Origin: an uncultured Pirellulaceae bacterium
GTDB taxonomy: Bacteria; Planctomycetota; Planctomycetia; Pirellulales; Pirellulaceae
Assembly: GCA_964405425.1 (NCBI GenBank)
Contig: CAYONX010000003.1
Span: 152,916 to 216,915, forward strand
Length of the DNA: 64,000 nucleotides
Direction of reading: 5' to 3'
Position 1 is the stretch's first letter, and every line of letters begins with the position of its first letter. The translations under genes were made by a program, and so were the position numbers. Shown piece after piece: positions 61,945-64,000 of the stretch. Under the pieces are notes generated by a model, which saw only the letters and a list, made by a program, of their open reading frames with translations, had not been told where the DNA came from and did no database searches.

Positions 61945-64000
61945 TCAATGACTTTCGTCGTTGCGAAACACCAACAGCAGTCGTTCACAGATGGCCTGGA
62001 TCCGATTCCCTCCGAACAACACGATTGGGATAGTTAACAATCCAAACACGCTGATAATTTGCAGCGGAAATCTGCTGCGTGACACCAGATCGCTAAAGAC
62101 CACCAGCAATGCCACTGCCAACAACGGCACACAAACGGCCAGAAACTGGTAAATAGGGATTTTCTTTATCAGTGAATCAAGGCATCCGTTGACCGTCGAA
62201 ATAACCTGCTTCGAATAGCAGTTCTGAATCAAAACCGGCAACCAGATTTTCAGCGACAAATAAACCATCGCGAAAAACGTCAGTGTCGTAATCGAAATTC
62301 CCGCCAGCCAATGGGATGCAATAAAATCGATCCCATTCGACAAATCCAAATCGGTGCCAAAACACCAAAGCGCTACGGGATAAATGACTCCAGCAATCAA
62401 CCATAAAGCACCACAAATAACCGCCTGGATATGGCCAGCGGACAAGGTGTGACCGGTTGCCAGGCCCATGTCCGGAACCTCTTGGTGCTTGCCTTCGGTA
62501 CACAATCGCAATGCTTGGGGCACAGCCCGCGTCAGATACACAAACGCAAATATACCGATCGGGAAAACGATTCCATTCACCAAATACATGATGTAAGTGA
62601 AAGTGGTACTGGCCGTCTCGGGAACCGATTCGTCAAGGTTGAAATTATAAACGAATGCGGCAGCCAACGTATTAAACAACAAACAGACAACCACACATAC
62701 CAAATAGAACTGCTTCTGAAATACAAGCGTCCAATTGCGAGACGACGGAAAAAGGAATTTTTCTGCGTCTCGATCCAACCCAAGCTTTAATTGATTGGCC
62801 AGATCGCAAGCCGACAAAGGTCGGTCCTTAATTTCAGGCTGTAAACACCGAATCAGTGCGCTGCGCATCAAAGGCGATTTAGATTGCAAAGCGGCAACGA
62901 GACGTTCAATCGAATTCTCCCGTTCGGCAACCATCGTTCCCAGGCCGTCGCTGCTGCGCGATTTGGTCAGTGCGTAAAACGGCAACTCGCGCATCAACAA
63001 GTGATACAACATCACTCCCAGCGAATACAGATCACAAGATTCATCCAGTTGCTCGGAATCAAATTCGTCATCCCGGTTGAACGCTCTAATCTGTTCGGGC
63101 GACATGTAAGCCAGACTGCCGCCAAATTTCGATTCGCCGACGACGGATGTGGCTGAGCTGATATTAAAATCCGCGAGCATTACGTTACAGTCCCTGCCAA
63201 TGAGAACGTTGGCTGGCTTAATGTCGCGGTGCAAAACGCCTTTTTCATGAGCGTATTCCAGAGCCCGGGCCAGGTGATAACCGATGCGGCATATCGTTTG
63301 CTCCCAATCAGACGAAAGAAACTGGTTACGTGTTACTGATTCGTAGTTGGGAGAATCACCTCGTTCGATGATCGCTTCATCGACACATTTGACGAACTGC
63401 TTGCCGTTTAGTTGATCTTCCGGCAAATTCAATACGGCGCGCAAGACGTCCAGCAACGTTCCGCCTTCCAAATATTGCATATAGAGCAAATGCAAGTTGT
63501 AGCTGTTTTCACGACGTTGATCGTAAACCCGCACAATGTTGCGGTGATCAAGCTGGGCCAGCGTTTGAGCTTCCATGCCATGATCTTCGGACACCTTCAA
63601 AGCGACCATACGCTGCATCGAAATCTGCCGCGCCAGAAACACCGTCGCAAATGAACCTTTGCCAAGTTCGGCCACCAATTCAAAGTCATCCAGCTTGTCA
63701 CCAACGCCAATCAGTTGGCGTTTTTCGATCGAGCCAGCGGCAACATCAACTATCTCCGTTTTCGCCGCCGTTGTTTCGTGCAGCGCTTCCAAAGTCATCG
63801 CGCGTTGGGCCACGTATTGAGACAATCCGGGGAACGTGTCAAAGTAATCCTGGACAAACGCAGATTCATCCATGCTTCGTCGCATCTCTATTTCTACGTC
63901 AACCAATGCAGCAATATCTTCAATCGAAAGTTCGTTGTCGATCAATTTCAGAAACTCTGCAACCGATTTTATAGTTCCAGTTTCGAATTCACGACTAAAT
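61945..64000 (-). CDS. Ser/Thr protein kinase fused to a polytopic (about 6-7 TM) C-terminal membrane domain; N-terminus probably outside the window
   Basis: GKGSFATV, VALKV, HRDIKPANVLI, DFNIS, GSLAYMSPEQ. The frame stays open from 63945 to the window edge (no stop in ...FSREFETGTIKSVAEFLKL). The C-terminal 270 aa are strongly hydrophobic. Confidence 0.85.
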   Translation of the reverse strand, partial: FSREFETGTIKSVAEFLKLIDNELSIEDIAALVDVEIEMRRSMDESAFVQDYFDTFPGLSQYVAQRAMTLEALHETTAAKTEIVDVAAGSIEKRQLIGVGDKLDDFELVAELGKGSFATVFLARQISMQRMVALKVSEDHGMEAQTLAQLDHRNIVRVYDQRRENSYNLHLLYMQYLEGGTLLDVLRAVLNLPEDQLNGKQFVKCVDEAIIERGDSPNYESVTRNQFLSSDWEQTICRIGYHLARALEYAHEKGVLHRDIKPANVLIGRDCNVMLADFNISSATSVVGESKFGGSLAYMSPEQIRAFNRDDEFDSEQLDESCDLYSLGVMLYHLLMRELPFYALTKSRSSDGLGTMVAERENSIERLVAALQSKSPLMRSALIRCLQPEIKDRPLSACDLANQLKLGLDRDAEKFLFPSSRNWTLVFQKQFYLVCVVVCLLFNTLAAAFVYNFNLDESVPETASTTFTYIMYLVNGIVFPIGIFAFVYLTRAVPQALRLCTEGKHQEVPDMGLATGHTLSAGHIQAVICGALWLIAGVIYPVALWCFGTDLDLSNGIDFIASHWLAGISITTLTFFAMVYLSLKIWLPVLIQNCYSKQVISTVNGCLDSLIKKIPIYQFLAVCVPLLAVALLVVFSDLVSRSRFPLQIISVFGLLTIPIVLFGGNRIQAICERLLLVFRNDESH

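Overview
The window looks like a gene-dense core chromosomal segment of a Planctomycetota-like (Pirellulales-type) genome. This taxonomic call is an inference from gene content: dockerin-like C-terminal modules, an ECF sigma/Ser-Thr kinase pair, an H4MPT-pathway Ftr, and MoxR/DUF58/VWA operons. I saw no rRNA, tRNA, CRISPR array, transposase, integrase or phage genes. Main blocks, in order: (1) a Bat-like operon (MoxR, DUF58, TM protein, two VWA proteins, TPR-like protein), then a terminator and a 1440-aa surface protein. (2) An esterase, hypothetical proteins and a secreted dockerin-module protein. (3) A CDF transporter, a Q/N/G/S-rich secreted protein and an FAD oxidoreductase. (4) A co-directional DUF11 - archaemetzincin - ECF sigma - Ser/Thr kinase set. 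(5) dnaE. (6) The conserved SRP RNA - dnaX - ybaB - recR block, then rpoN. (7) A tightly packed seven-gene operon: RDD, SpoIIM-like, TM, DUF4129, DUF4350, MoxR, DUF58. (8) A rhodanese, an orphan ftr, plsC-like, TerB-like, AtuA-like, crotonase and SDR genes. (9) A long intergenic region with a MITE-like insertion, then SET-domain and ketopantoate-reductase-like genes and a second Ser/Thr kinase cut by the window edge. Observations most worth follow-up: an A9 slippery run in dnaX with stops in both alternative frames; a likely unannotated ~100-nt SRP RNA; a 185-bp TSD/TIR-flanked element with an attC-like internal hairpin; the uncharacterised seven-gene MoxR operon, whose MoxR carries a zinc ribbon; and the translationally coupled DUF11/archaemetzincin pair upstream of the ECF/STK pair. 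All family calls come from motif recognition by eye. No database search was run.
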